A stretch of DNA of 44,768 nucleotides. Origin: Xylographa opegraphella (lineage: Eukaryota). The position numbers and the translations under genes are program-made. The DNA is taken from NCBI GenBank assembly GCA_022813865.1, contig JALDZX010000046.1:124001-168768 (forward strand), read 5' to 3'. Positions 23,561-35,031 of this stretch are shown here, piece after piece (positions within the stretch are counted from its first letter, which is position 1; each line of letters opens with the position of its first letter). The notes beneath the pieces were generated by a model. That model made no database searches, was not told the origin of the DNA, and saw only the letters and a program-made list of their open reading frames with translations.

Positions 23561-24519
23561 TTAGGGTCAACAATTTGATGGCACGACAACGGAGCATGAC
23601 AGATTATACACAGATGTAAGAACTACTAACAGGATTGATTATATTGTGGGAACACTCGTTTCAAGATGTTCGGGCTTCCTTTTGATCGAGTGTCGTCGTT
23701 GCTTCGGTACATGTTATTCAGGATATCATTCTCACATTCGGCGTCAGATGACGGGGTTAGTCTTGCATAGCGTGGAGCCATACTTGGGATTTCTTGTCGG
23801 CGGTTTGTTTGATTATCAGACATTCGACTTGATTGACGGGATTTGGATACACGCATGAGGCACTGGCCTGCTGGTTTTGGCTGGACGCAGCGCATTCACA
23901 TTTGCTAGATTTCATGGATATTGTCTCCGTTGGCGTCCTGGCGTCGATCTGTATCTCTTTTTGAAGTCTTACCTCCAAGGGGTTTGGTTGTCTCAGTGGG
24001 TGTCGTGGTTTTGTGGTCGATGTGTATTTCTTATGAGCTATTTTTCTATCTCGTGCTTTTTACTTGGCTGTGCTTTTCATCGTCCTTGCCTTCAGGGGCC
24101 ACATTCGCTTCTTGCGTATTTTACCATGGCGTTTAGCTAGATTTCTTTACTTTACGACAACTTTATGTTCACGATCATTCAACGAAGGAATTCCGAACCA
24201 ACTTTCATTGCAATGATTGTGGTCGATAAAATGACAACCTCGTAGCCACGAAGTACTCGCAGTGTAAGCGCCGTTTCGGTATGAATGTGCCCAGAACATC
24301 GGAAAGACCAGTGCCTACGCGGCTCCGCTGTACGCCATGCTCGACTCTGGCTCCCATTTAGTGCCACTAACCCGCTGCCTTGTCCAGCGATGCCTTCGCT
24401 CCCACCCGCCAGTGCTCACGCTTTGAAATAGCAACAAACGCCACGCTCATAAACACGTCTCCACGATGGGAAAGTGTATCGGTACAAATGCCATGCCAGT
24501 ATTTGTTGATGCATACATA

Positions 24520-26348
24520 CTATCGTACAATGTCCTCCTCATAGCCGATCCGTCCATTAGATACATCGGACCTTCTCTCGGCCATCTGCTCCGTAGGCAC
24601 AGATTCTTTCGGTCTACTATGACGCCTCGAATGATGCCGGGATCGCCGCCGCCGCCTATGTTGTCTATGATTTTCATCGCCGTTGTGAGTAAATGACAAA
24701 CCAGCTTCCTCACGCATGCGCTGCACAACAGGGCCGAGCTCAAACGCGCTTTCACCGCTGTTGTGGTCGCAGCATGGGCTATAGTTCAATGCGACAAGCC
24801 AGTCGAAGAGATTGGTGCCCATCACGGATTTGAAGTTTCCGTAGTAGCCTAGGTCGTAGGGATTTTCGCCCGCTTTGCTGTGTAAGATGGCGAAAGTGCG
24901 TGGAGGGACGGAGGGTGTGCCTGCCGGTGGTGGGTTCAGGGGATAGGTGATGGTTTGGAAGGGGACGTGGTTGGGAGTTGCAGGTGGGCGTGAGATGTGG
25001 ATGGCCAAGGTCCAGATCTTGGTTTGGCGGCTGAGGTTTTCGACGGATGTTGTGTTGAGGAGGACGAATTGAAGGGAACTAAGGGACATGCCGAGGCTGA
25101 AGAGGGCGAAGAGCGCGGCGCTTGAGTGGGTCAGTACGATCATTGGCGGGCGAAGAGGGAAGGTTCTGTGAGACTGACAGAGCCATAGTCACTACCCAGT
25201 GTCCGCTGAGACCCTGGTTCTATTGATGAAGAGGTCAGTAAGGGACAAGGCTACTGATGCATCGCGGCGACGTCGGATTAAGCATGAAATAGTGGCGCTC
25301 CAGTTTGATCTGGAACTTCCGCTATTGCAAGGACAAGGGTGCGAGATGATGGGTATGTTTGAAGTGGTGTGAGGGATATATAATGGTGCGCGAACGAAAA
25401 GTCGGCACGACTTACCCTGCTGCTGGCTTCCTTCGTGAAAACGGCAAGGCAAGTTAGGACGAAGACGCAGTACACAGCGGTCCAGCTGTTGAATTGCACA
25501 AAAAACTTGAAATTCGTTTCCGAAATAATCCCACCCACCCTATGCAGAAATAGTTAGATACTTTACAGAAGTGAAACGGATGATAGCCCTCTGAAAAGTC
25601 CAGATTTCCAAAAGTGATACTTCGGAGAGCAAACTTAGGCATTCAAAAACTGCTTACCATGGACAGAAGTGGTCCATCTTCCGCACACACCGCTCAACTT
25701 CTCTGCAGTGATGCGTTCTGTCTGGCTTCCATTGCATGCACATGGAACACCAAATGGGTCGTCCATCTCCTTCACAAACGAAGACCTCTTTCTTCCAGAA
25801 ATCTTCTAGCCCTGGCGAGTCGGACTCAGGACCGGGACGTCCTCCAACAATACCCCTTGATTGAGAATGGTCGTTGATGTACCCTGGCCCACCAATACCT
25901 TTTTCCAAGTCTCGGCTGGCCGTTTCGTCGGAGCCATCACTGCCTGATCTCCTTTTCCCACTTCTCGAATGTACCCGAGGAGCTTTCGCCTTTCGATTGG
26001 CATAGAACAAAGGTCCTCGTTCGACATAGCCAGGATTACTAAAAACTGCAAATAATATTCGAAAGTATGTGGTGGCGACACTGAAAAGTAGAATGAAGTA
26101 TATGACCAGTATGGCGCTTGCAGCGCCAGGTCGAGACGTTTGAGAGGCCACTGGGGGATCGAGGAGATAGTCAACTGTGTTGCATACCATCAGTCAAAGT
26201 CCCCGTCCGTACTATCATTTGAAAGATGAGTGCACTGACTGCAAAGAGGCCCGGTAATTACAAATGAAGCATAGCAGACGATACCAATCAGAACCGAGGG
26301 AATAACACGCGCAGTCCAAACATTCGCTGCCTTCTGGTTAATAACCAT
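24520..26348 (-). CDS. PFA5: DHHC palmitoyltransferase, Pfa5 type, multi-exon
   Basis: ATG 26348 [24 protein letters not shown] helices, [52 protein letters not shown], then NTTSVENL and [16 protein letters not shown]. Confidence 0.9.
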
Positions 26349-26509
26349 CGCAGGAACGGAAGAGAAACTTTGAGCGGCAATAAAAAGGAAACGAAGTCAA
26401 GGCAATGAGAAGGAAACGCAGTCAAGGAGGACATAACGGAAATAGCAATGTCTATTCCACGACCTACGCCTATCAGCAGTGGAATACATCCTAAAGTCAC
26501 GTGTCGCTC

Positions 26510-26549
26510 GAGGCCCAAAGTGGTGAGGCCCAAAGTGGTAAGGCCCAAG
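26510..26549 (+). repeat. 15-bp tandem repeat (~2.7 copies) upstream of PFA5
   Basis: gaggcccaaagtggt gaggcccaaagtggt aaggcccaag. Confidence 0.75.
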
Positions 26550-28373
26550 ACCCCGCTCGTCTTCGTCAACCCATAACCTGAAGCTCTTCTTCTTTCTCCA
26601 CTCTTGAGGTCGTCATCCTCTTCCCATCGTTCGGAGAGTCTGATCAACAGTCTCATTACAGCAATTTGTTGCAGATGGCTTGTTCGAGAACCACTCGCAC
26701 TTGCACGGTGCAGCGATTAACACTGCCATCAGGCTTCCACTGAAGCCTTTTGAGCAAGGCAAATCAGGCAAGTGTAGTCTGCGTTTGACTTTTCACTTTA
26801 GCTATTAATCTCCGACCCTCGTGACTGACTTGCCTCATTCCTAGTACAATCATTGTTGGAACTTCGACAGCTGGTCCTAATTCTCTAAGTTTCCGGCAGC
26901 GGCCAGCATACTCCGCGAAAGCTACGGGGTCTCGCAAAGCATGCAGTTGCAATTACCTCGGTATGCCTTTGATTGATCTGGAAAGCCTTATCATAAAGGA
27001 ACACTCTTGTTGGGGGCTGAGGCGACGCTTGGAAAACATGGTCAGAGTTTGAGAGCACTCAAGGATAAGCTTCCAACCACCGCTTCTCCATTATGGGAAT
27101 CTTGCGAGTCTTCTATGGCCTATGACAATTGGGTTGAGCAATATGACTCAGCCTCATTCTAACCTGTGGCAACAATACGAGACTGGTGTAAATGGTGCCA
27201 GGGATGGTATTCAGCCTTTCCTCCAGCCCGAAGGATCATTGCTCGTTGTTCAGGATGTCAACTTTGTGGCTGAATTAAGCTTCAATCCACACCGTTGATG
27301 GACTCCGTCGAGGCTAATTGCACTGGCTGAACGTACTCATCCATGACCTCAGGCTTGAAATCCATGTGTCGTGGCCAATCGTTCAACACGCATTGCGCGT
27401 GGCAGTTCTCTTGTGTGCAGGTGTATTTCGATTCTGTATATCCCTGCTTCTGCAGAGCCCGCTACCTGCGTGGCAGTGCTGTCTTTTATCTTAGTATTCA
27501 ATTACACAGCGGCTTCCTGATTTCTTATGAAGCTGTTGATGCCTAGCTAAATGATCCTGATGAACCAGTATCATATCTTGGTTAGGGCGGAATCCTCTTC
27601 TTTCCGGAAGGATCTCACCCTGATCTTCTCCTTCCTAGCTTAGGTCTCACCTTCTCTCTGTCATTCTTGCAAAGACATGCGATAGTGCTGCCTTAATGAT
27701 ATTGATCTATTTCGACTATGCTATGCTTGCTGACACTGATGTCCTGGCAAATGTACGGGACGATCTTAGGATCGAACAAACAAAAGACTGACTGTCCTCA
27801 AGCTAAACATCATTTGTATTAATATTCTGTATGCACTTGTTGTAACGAAGATGATATTTGTCTTGAGTGGTGTTCTAGGTGCTTGGATTCATGTTCCATG
27901 ATGTCCAGTGTTTTGTCTACTGGATGGTCTTTGAGCGAAACTCTTGTGGTTTAACCATTTCACAGTGGCGGCCGTCCTGTCTTCGGACAACAAAAATCAC
28001 GCGACTTGACCTGGAGCCACCTTGGTGCCTATACAGTTCCCACATCACTCGTGGCGATATCCTGGCCGTTTTGCACAGCCCATCCTGCTGCCTCATTTTC
28101 GGGTCTTGAAGTTCTTGACATTGCAACGTGGTTCCAGTGCAGAATCTGTGTTGGTGCATCTGTCAGCTCATCTTGCACTGGTGTATCCTGTGGAATTTCA
28201 CTTCAATCCGTCTAAGCTTCTCGGTATTACCGACGATCCCGGCCTACCGAGTGTGGAAGCTTCTGCGGACTATCCTGTCGTTAATGCTTTCTCCGGCTAT
28301 TCATAGTCCCATCGGCGAAAGCTAAGGCATGAGCGGTGAAGAAGGTGCGACCTTTTCAGACCGCAGCCCGCTC

Positions 28374-28380
28374 TATAAAT
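28374..28380 (+). promoter_or_regulatory. Putative TATA box of the 28537 gene
   Basis: TATAAAT ~160 bp upstream of the ATG. Confidence 0.4.
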
Positions 28381-28536
28381 GACCTGTGTTCCCTGCCATT
28401 GCATTGCTTCTGATATCTATACGGGTATTTTCTCGTTCGGACGCTTTTGATTTATCAACTACATAAGGAGGTATACTCAACTCATTGCAACTGACGGACT
28501 TTCGCATTACGACTAGTACTTCAACACCATTTGATC

Positions 28537-28983
28537 ATGCCTCCTGTTTGGCTATGGAGGTGCGGACACTGTGGTTGGGAGCCAATGACGAAAGGTATTG
28601 ATCTTCATTGCTGCTCCTGCGGTCGAAGGGAGGACGGTTCCGCGGTGTATTACAAAGCGACCAACAAGACTGGCTATAACTACAGTGTGGACACAAATCA
28701 AATCTATATACGAAGCGATTCGATTCTCTTTCCACCCCCAACCTCATACTTTCCGGAGTCTATCAGAGGCCACATAGAATCCGAGGAATATGGTCCTGGT
28801 CTACGAAAGCAGACACCACGTTATAACTTATCAGCTCCACCACCAGTCTACCAACCCTTCACTTACGGGCCGCCGCAATGGTGGTGGTGCTGCCAATGTA
28901 AAGACGGTCCCAAATCTGCAAGACTTCAGCCGAGATGTGTCTTGTGTCAGCATATTGCTTGCAGCTATTGTTCAAAGGTGTGA
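28537..28983 (+). CDS. Small double zinc-ribbon protein (module A + Pro/Tyr-rich linker + module B)
   Basis: MPPVWLWRCGHCGWEPMTKGIDLHCCSCGRREDGSAVYY...WWWCCQCKDGPKSARLQPRCVLCQHIACSYCSKV. A probable intron at the 3' end (gt..gctaac..tag, ~28978-29057) may alter the last residues. Confidence 0.72.
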   Translation: MPPVWLWRCGHCGWEPMTKGIDLHCCSCGRREDGSAVYYKATNKTGYNYSVDTNQIYIRSDSILFPPPTSYFPESIRGHIESEEYGPGLRKQTPRYNLSAPPPVYQPFTYGPPQWWWCCQCKDGPKSARLQPRCVLCQHIACSYCSKV

Positions 28984-30412
28984 GAGCGGAATGACGCTAT
29001 TATCGGTTATAAATATCCCGTTTCTCCATTCGTGTACCTAGCTAACCTCTTGGGTAGAAATAAACCTTCCTCCTCCTTTAACGATTATTCAACAAAGCCT
29101 CCTGTTGAACAATATATCTACGTTATTAGCTTCACACTTTAGATCTTGCTCTGCGTTCGACCGAACTCCTGCAATTATGCGACTCATGGCTTCGTCAATA
29201 TAGACTTACTCTCCTTTGAAACAACGATGCTCAAGTTTTATATAGCCACGTACATGCTCTTCAGGCGTAAGGTTACCTTTTAATATTTGGGCGTTTATGC
29301 ATGGGTTGATGAATTTATATGCTTATTGGTAACCGGTACTTTGTCATTCTACTGTAGTCTCGTATTCTATTTGACAATCCGAAATCGCTTGGTCGACTCT
29401 GAATAGACTCGATTCATCATGTGCTTACTATGCATGCACGACCTGCCAATGTGTACCTTGAATATGCCCCACTCCCCTCATATTCAGTCTTGCGTTGTTT
29501 GCTGCAGTATTTCAGCCTTCTCGAATATACCATGGAAGCTGGGAAAGAGTTTCAGGTCAGGCTTATTTCAGCAGTCTTCGTATTCTTTGCGTGCGAAGTT
29601 TGCCTTATCAACCAGATTCAATCTGCATATCTTGTGCACACGTTTCAGCCACTATGTATTGCCGGCAATATGTATATTCGCCAAGAGCAATCTGCGTCTG
29701 CAGCCTGATGCAGCCAGTTAAGTACCTGGCACGAGCTGATCCGTATCAGGGACAGAGAACATGCTTGTCATGTTCCTTGTCCGGCCGTGTCAATCTGCAG
29801 GTACTGTGATATTAAAATATCGAATGCTGAGATCTAAGATGGAATATACACGGTCGGTCTACACGATTTCTGTCATATGATACAACATGGGTTATTGATA
29901 TCGAGAGTTACAGAATAAGCAGCACAGTATCACTGAACCGCGAGAATGGTCTCACCGCAAATTCTCGCTTCAAATTTCAGGCATCGCCTTCAGCAAGTGA
30001 CGTGGACAGCGACGCCTTGATTCAAGGTTATCTCGCGGCCTCCGTAACAAGGGCTTCTGACTCGGAGGCACTGTAACGCCTTGTACTTTGCCCATTATGG
30101 GCATTGACAGTCCAACCACTGCTGGTCATCAGCCCCTCCGGCTTCACCGCTGCCGGGACGATAGGCAACGCTGGAGGCCAAGGTGTTTGAAGTCAGTGTA
30201 TTAGCCTTAATTCATCATCGAATGAAGGCCTCATTTCAAAGTGGATCTAGCCGCCTAACCCATTTCCTTATTGAATGCCCCTTTATTTCGGCAACCCCTA
30301 TTCGAGATGCCTATAATGGTGCTTTAGCTACGGCTGAACCTGTCGCTTAGTCTGAGCTAGGCAATCACGCGAGGCGGATTCGATTGCCTTGGATCCGCTT
30401 CCTGAAGCTTTC

Positions 30413-30419
30413 TATATAA
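30413..30419 (+). promoter_or_regulatory. Putative TATA box of the 30593 gene
   Basis: TATATAA ~180 bp upstream of the ATG, followed by a CT-rich tract. Confidence 0.4.
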
Positions 30420-30592
30420 TCGACCCGATCTCTCTCTGTGACGCTGAGCAGATCACTCATCAACTCACTACTTCATCTCCTCTCCGACAGTCAACGTGGT
30501 TCGAACCTCCTTTCCAAAAAGACTATTCCTGAGACCACTACTTCCGTACCACATCTTGAACTTTGCAAATACCGCAAAATCATTTCATCGGC

Positions 30593-30769
30593 ATGCCTCA
30601 ACCGACTGCTGGCATGCCTGTCAGGGCTCAGAAAATCACGGTCTGGTTCTGCGGGTGGTGCCGCTTCGGACCAATGACTAAAGGACTCGATCACTTTTGC
30701 GTCAACACGACCTGCCGAAAACGAGAAGACGGTTTTGCAATCTACCAAACACAAACAGTAAGGCGTTGA
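30593..30769 (+). CDS. Zinc-ribbon microprotein (module A only, 51-58 aa)
   Basis: MPQPTAGMPVRAQKITVWFCGWCRFGPMTKGLDHFCVNTTCRKREDGFAIYQTQTVRR* is a clear paralog of the N-terminus of 28537. Confidence 0.72.
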   Translation: MPQPTAGMPVRAQKITVWFCGWCRFGPMTKGLDHFCVNTTCRKREDGFAIYQTQTVRR

Positions 30770-32629
30770 AGCTGTAAGTGCATGTCTTCCGCTTCGTCTA
30801 TCCCGTTCTTACCAAGAATGTCAGTGCACGGCTTCTTTACTCCCCGACCGAATCAACGAGTCTCTTGGGCACTACTCAGCGTATCATGTGAGCGATGATG
30901 TTTTCCAGCATAGCGTGTTCGTGGGTGGCGACTGCCGTGGCATCGAGTTTCAAGCGCGGTGCATTGGTCTGGCTTGCATGGGTGTGTCGTCCGGGCATAG
31001 CAATTTTGGGCGCGGCGTGGTTTGGCATGGCTTGCAAGCATTGGGAAACGGCGGTACCACTACTGTGATGACGATGGCGTTGAGGTCGGCGTTGGCGTTT
31101 AGTGCTTTGTTCTTCAGGCTCGACGAGGCTTCTAGCGCCTCGTGTCTTCTTGGCGGGTTGGTTTTGTGTCATTCGTTTCAGCAGCGGACAGTCTAAAGTT
31201 TGGTTCCTCAGCTGAAATCCATACCGAACCTTGAATAGGGGGCCGCAAACGCCGACCTTATATGACTCCTACATCGCAGAACCTCATTCCTCAACCCTGC
31301 CTAGCGGTCAGCCCTCCCGTGCCTCAGCCGTAATTCCTGAAAGTATAGCCGGTCGCCCGGTGGGGAAACGGCGACTTGAGTGGAGCACCTTCGTCATGGT
31401 TCCTCCTCCGCGTCTGGGTCGCCCACGTTAATCTGTCGACCTGGCAGCGAGGCGCAATGAACCCTATGAGTAATTCAATTGCTCCTGCCTGGATTGGCTC
31501 GACTTCCCCCGAGGCGCAATGAACCCAACAATTCGTGATACCCCGGTGGATACCTGACCCTTCCTCAACGAGCACGTCTCTACCTCCGGATTCCTTCCCG
31601 GTCAAGAAGCCTGATGATCCTTCATCCATCTGCACACAGATCCGTAGGAGCAGTCGTGCAAAAGAAGCCCGGAAGAACGCCGCAGGCAATTCCTTCACAC
31701 TCCCATGCTCCGCCGCCAGCCCTTCTTACTACCCACCGCTGAGGAAGACACAAAACCCGTACTCCGCGAGCGACCGGAACCTCCCAGCACTCGCACCACG
31801 TACTGAGTCACGACCCCATGTAGCATCCGTACACCGCGCCTCCGTCCACCGAACCTCAGTCCGAAGGCGGTGAAGGAAAAACAAGGCAAAAAGAATTTCC
31901 TCCCTTACTGCCTGAGAAGCAGCAGCCTGGGCGCACCCCGCCCTTCCAAACACACAAACACCTTCCTCCGCGCCCTCCTCAACCTGCCAACCGCCCACGT
32001 GCTCCCCATTTCCCTCAGCGCAAGCGGCCTCGCCCCGAAAATCCCCTCAGCTCGCCCCTTCCTTTCCCCCTCTCACAAAGCGTGGCTATGACGCGAAAAC
32101 CCCCCCCCTCTCACCCGGCACCCGGATGAGGTCATGAGGCTCCGCCGAACCCCTGCCGTTGCGGCGAAACGCCCGAAGACCAAAAAGTCAGCCTCCGGGG
32201 CGTCTGTTTGCGCCTAAGCGCCCGTGCCCCCCCTCCCCCCAAAACCGAAAACCATGGGAATAAACCAAAAATCGAACTTTTTTGCTTCTCAGCCCCAGGT
32301 TCGCCTAGGCTGCGTCACCGCGAGCCCTTTGCCCCCCATCCGGAGTCCGGTAACGTCGGCGCAGCAAGTCGCGGCGATGGTAAACTCTGGTTCGGGTATC
32401 TCTCAGCCTCTTCTGCTCTACGCCCTGCACGTGTCCTGGGCGTTATCTTGGCCAGGGAGATGCGTAGGGCTGGATGCGGCGTGCACGAGCTCGGTGATTA
32501 CTCGGTCCGAGAGAGAGCTAGGTGGATGGTTTTTCCGATTGCGTTGTTTCGCGCTAAATCAGCAGACTGGAGGACTATGCGGGTGGGTATGTTGCGCATC
32601 CTTCGCGCGATGCGCGGGGGCGTGTCGTG

Positions 32630-32870
32630 CATGGGGTGGAGGTCATGTGCGGCGGGGTGGAGGGGTGGGGGTCTGGTGGGGGTGGGTCGGGAGGGAGAGG
32701 GGGTGGGGAGGAGGGGAGGGGGAGGCGAGGGGATTTTGGAGGTTGAGGGTGGAAGGTGGGATTGGGGAAGGAGGTTGGGAGGATGGAGGAGGGTGCGGAA
32801 TGGTGTGTGGTCTGGTAGGGATGTAGGGATTCTGGGTGATGGAAGTTATAGGGGGCAAGGAAAGGGCTGA
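32630..32870 (+). repeat. G-rich low-complexity tract with many G3-G5 runs (G-quadruplex potential)
   Basis: ggcggggtggaggggtgggggtctggtgggggtgggtcgggagggagagggggtggggaggaggggaggggg... Confidence 0.7.
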
Positions 32871-33196
32871 AGATATAGTCAAGAGTTTGAAGGGTCGGAC
32901 TATATGATGAAGGTATGTGATGAAGGCTTGAGCATCTGATGAAGAATGTGATGTTGGCGAACAACCCTCGTCATGATTCTGAGAAGATCATAAGTGGACG
33001 ATAACGTGTGGTGAATAGGTTCAATGCTCAAAGTACTCTTCATCATTGTCAAATCGTGACAAGTTATCATACACAAGAGTCATCTGCGCACTTTCTACTA
33101 TGCCTGAGATATTTTTCACCATATGTCCTTCCCATCTATATTCCTACGCCAAGCTCCGAACTCCTTCGCCAGTATGTTTCCCTCCCCAAAGGCAGC

Positions 33197-34741
33197 TCAC
33201 GCCTCTCCAGTGTCGAAGACCAAGCTCACCCCGTCGTCGCCCGCAGTGACTATCCTCCCTCGGCCATCATTCTCACTCTGCACAAAGCCCATCACCCCAC
33301 CGCCTTCTCCATCCCCTCGATGGCCTCTCCACTCCTTCACAAGACCCTGCCCATTGGCTGCCGTGCCTCCTCTCGTGTCCCAACGACGGACAATGCCGTC
33401 CATCCCACAACTGGTCAGCAGCCACCCTCCTGCTCCAGATGTATTGCTATTATTCCCTGCCGATGGAGACGGCGAAACAAACTCCACTTTCACAACGGCG
33501 TATTCCTCGTGAGCTTCCCTGATGAGCCGCCGTACTGCAAATCGATGTGCGGTATCGAAGAGTGCTATGCTTCCATCCACACTGCCAGCTGCCAAAAGTG
33601 TCAACGGCGGCTTACTGAAGGCAAGCGTCTCGACCCCATCCGTCTGCGCCTGCAAGCTCGCCAAGATCTGTCCAGCCTGACCACTACTTGATTCGGTAGC
33701 TCCGGTATGCTTTGCGCCACCAGCCTTGTTCTTCGCACCACCTCCCTTTTGAGACTTCGTAGCATTTTCATTGCTGGGCGCGCCAGAGAACAGTCGTGGA
33801 AGGCCAATTATGCGAATGTTTCCTTCCGCTCCCCCTACTGCCACAAAAGCGCCAGTCGGAGCGATTGCAACGCTGTACAGACCTCCTTCCACGGCGAATC
33901 GTTGGTCGTCACCAGTCAAACCGACTATGGCTTGACCTGAGCTCTGACTTGTGATTCCAGATGCCGCTGCTTCCCCAAAAGGATCCCATACATACAAACT
34001 GCCTTCTTCGCTAACAGTAGCCAGTAGCTTTCCGTCAGGGCTCCATGCACCTGCTGTACATGATGCGTTATGTAGGTAATAGGCTTGTAGGGGCTGCAAT
34101 GCCGAAGCAGGGTCCGAGCCCTCGATTGTGTACACCCAAACGCTGCCATCTGATGCGCCAAGAGCTATCGAATTTGGATACGCTGGATTCGGGGATGGAG
34201 CAACCCAATTGATTTCCTCAACTTCTTGAACTTCTGTAAGGAATTTGCATTGCTGATGGGAGAGTGACTGGGGCGGAGGAATGGTATATGCTCGAAGACG
34301 GCCATCAAGTCCGGCAGTACATAGAAACTCTCCGTGTGGGAGAGTGAATGCGATAGCGTTGACGGAATCGGAGTGGCCCTTAAGTTCGGCAATAGCCTCC
34401 AGGGACTTGCGCCCGGGTTCGGGATTTGACTCGTATGAAGTAGGTAGGAGTGGTGAAGGTGTGGCACTGGAAAATACGTATGCCGTATCGTCGCCAGCAC
34501 CAGTGGCTATTATCGATGTATCCAGGGGATGTGATGTTATGCAGAAAAGGGAATCGGTATGCCGGTCGAAGTGGGCTATCGAGTCATTTTCGAGACTTAT
34601 TTCCTGGGTATCATCATCTTCGGGATCAGAGTCCATTGGAACATCAGGATCTGTGGTGATTTCCTCCGCCGCTTCATCGGCGTCGAGCATTTCTGAAGGG
34701 TCACCTTCCTCCCCATCGATGTGCATGTCGTTCCCAGACAT
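33197..34741 (-). CDS. SQT1: WD40-repeat ribosome assembly factor Sqt1 (AAMP-like; Rpl10 chaperone), single exon
   Basis: Acidic N-terminus MSGNDMHIDGEEG...ISLENDSIAHFDRHTDSLF, WD repeats (ATGAGDD, GHSDSV, GASDGSVW, GSVDGSI, GMDGIVRRWD) and a terminal IVTAGDDGVSLVF. Confidence 0.9.
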   Translation of the reverse strand: MSGNDMHIDGEEGDPSEMLDADEAAEEITTDPDVPMDSDPEDDDTQEISLENDSIAHFDRHTDSLFCITSHPLDTSIIATGAGDDTAYVFSSATPSPLLPTSYESNPEPGRKSLEAIAELKGHSDSVNAIAFTLPHGEFLCTAGLDGRLRAYTIPPPQSLSHQQCKFLTEVQEVEEINWVAPSPNPAYPNSIALGASDGSVWVYTIEGSDPASALQPLQAYYLHNASCTAGAWSPDGKLLATVSEEGSLYVWDPFGEAAASGITSQSSGQAIVGLTGDDQRFAVEGGLYSVAIAPTGAFVAVGGAEGNIRIIGLPRLFSGAPSNENATKSQKGGGAKNKAGGAKHTGATESSSGQAGQILASLQAQTDGVETLAFSKPPLTLLAAGSVDGSIALFDTAHRFAVRRLIREAHEEYAVVKVEFVSPSPSAGNNSNTSGAGGWLLTSCGMDGIVRRWDTRGGTAANGQGLVKEWRGHRGDGEGGGVMGFVQSENDGRGRIVTAGDDGVSLVFDTGEA

Positions 34742-35031
34742 AATGATGAAGACTGAGGGAGTCTGCAATTTAATGATTAGCAATGACACGAAGGCAGACC
34801 ATACTGCAACCTACTTATAGGATCTTAAGAGTGCCAATCAGGCGTTGTGACTGCGTTTCTAGAGCAGCTTAGAAATTATCTGCGACTTTTCGATTGTGCT
34901 TCGTCATCCCGCATGCGCAAGCGCTAGTCTACATTTTTTCTACCCCTGACACTGCACATCTCATTGCGTTCTCTATCTTTGATCATTTATCTGATACATA
35001 GAGGTATACATTAACATGTTGGCGCCGATAT

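Noticed and set aside
27820..28215. Cys-rich fragments (VCTCCNEDDICLEWCSRC; WFQCRIC) upstream of the zinc-ribbon gene as additional family members
   Set aside because: There is no start codon, the spacing does not match module A or B, and the TG-rich composition yields Cys codons by chance.
30490..30515. tRNA B-box-like GGTTCGAACC (also GTTCAATTC at ~3237)
   Set aside because: No cloverleaf, acceptor stem or A-box can be formed around either site.
32208..32964. Long ORFs of 220, 200 and 129 aa on both strands
   Set aside because: These are Gly/Arg/Trp- or Pro-rich translations expected from G/C-skewed low-complexity DNA, with no domain motifs.
31200..33000. Telomerase RNA candidate in the GC-rich island
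   Set aside because: I found no TTAGGG-complementary template (e.g. TAACCCTAA) on either strand in this interval.
33008..33691. 227-aa plus-strand ORF, and similar antisense ORFs over ETFB, GCS1, TAH18 and the CoA ligase
   Set aside because: They are shadow ORFs antisense to well-supported genes.
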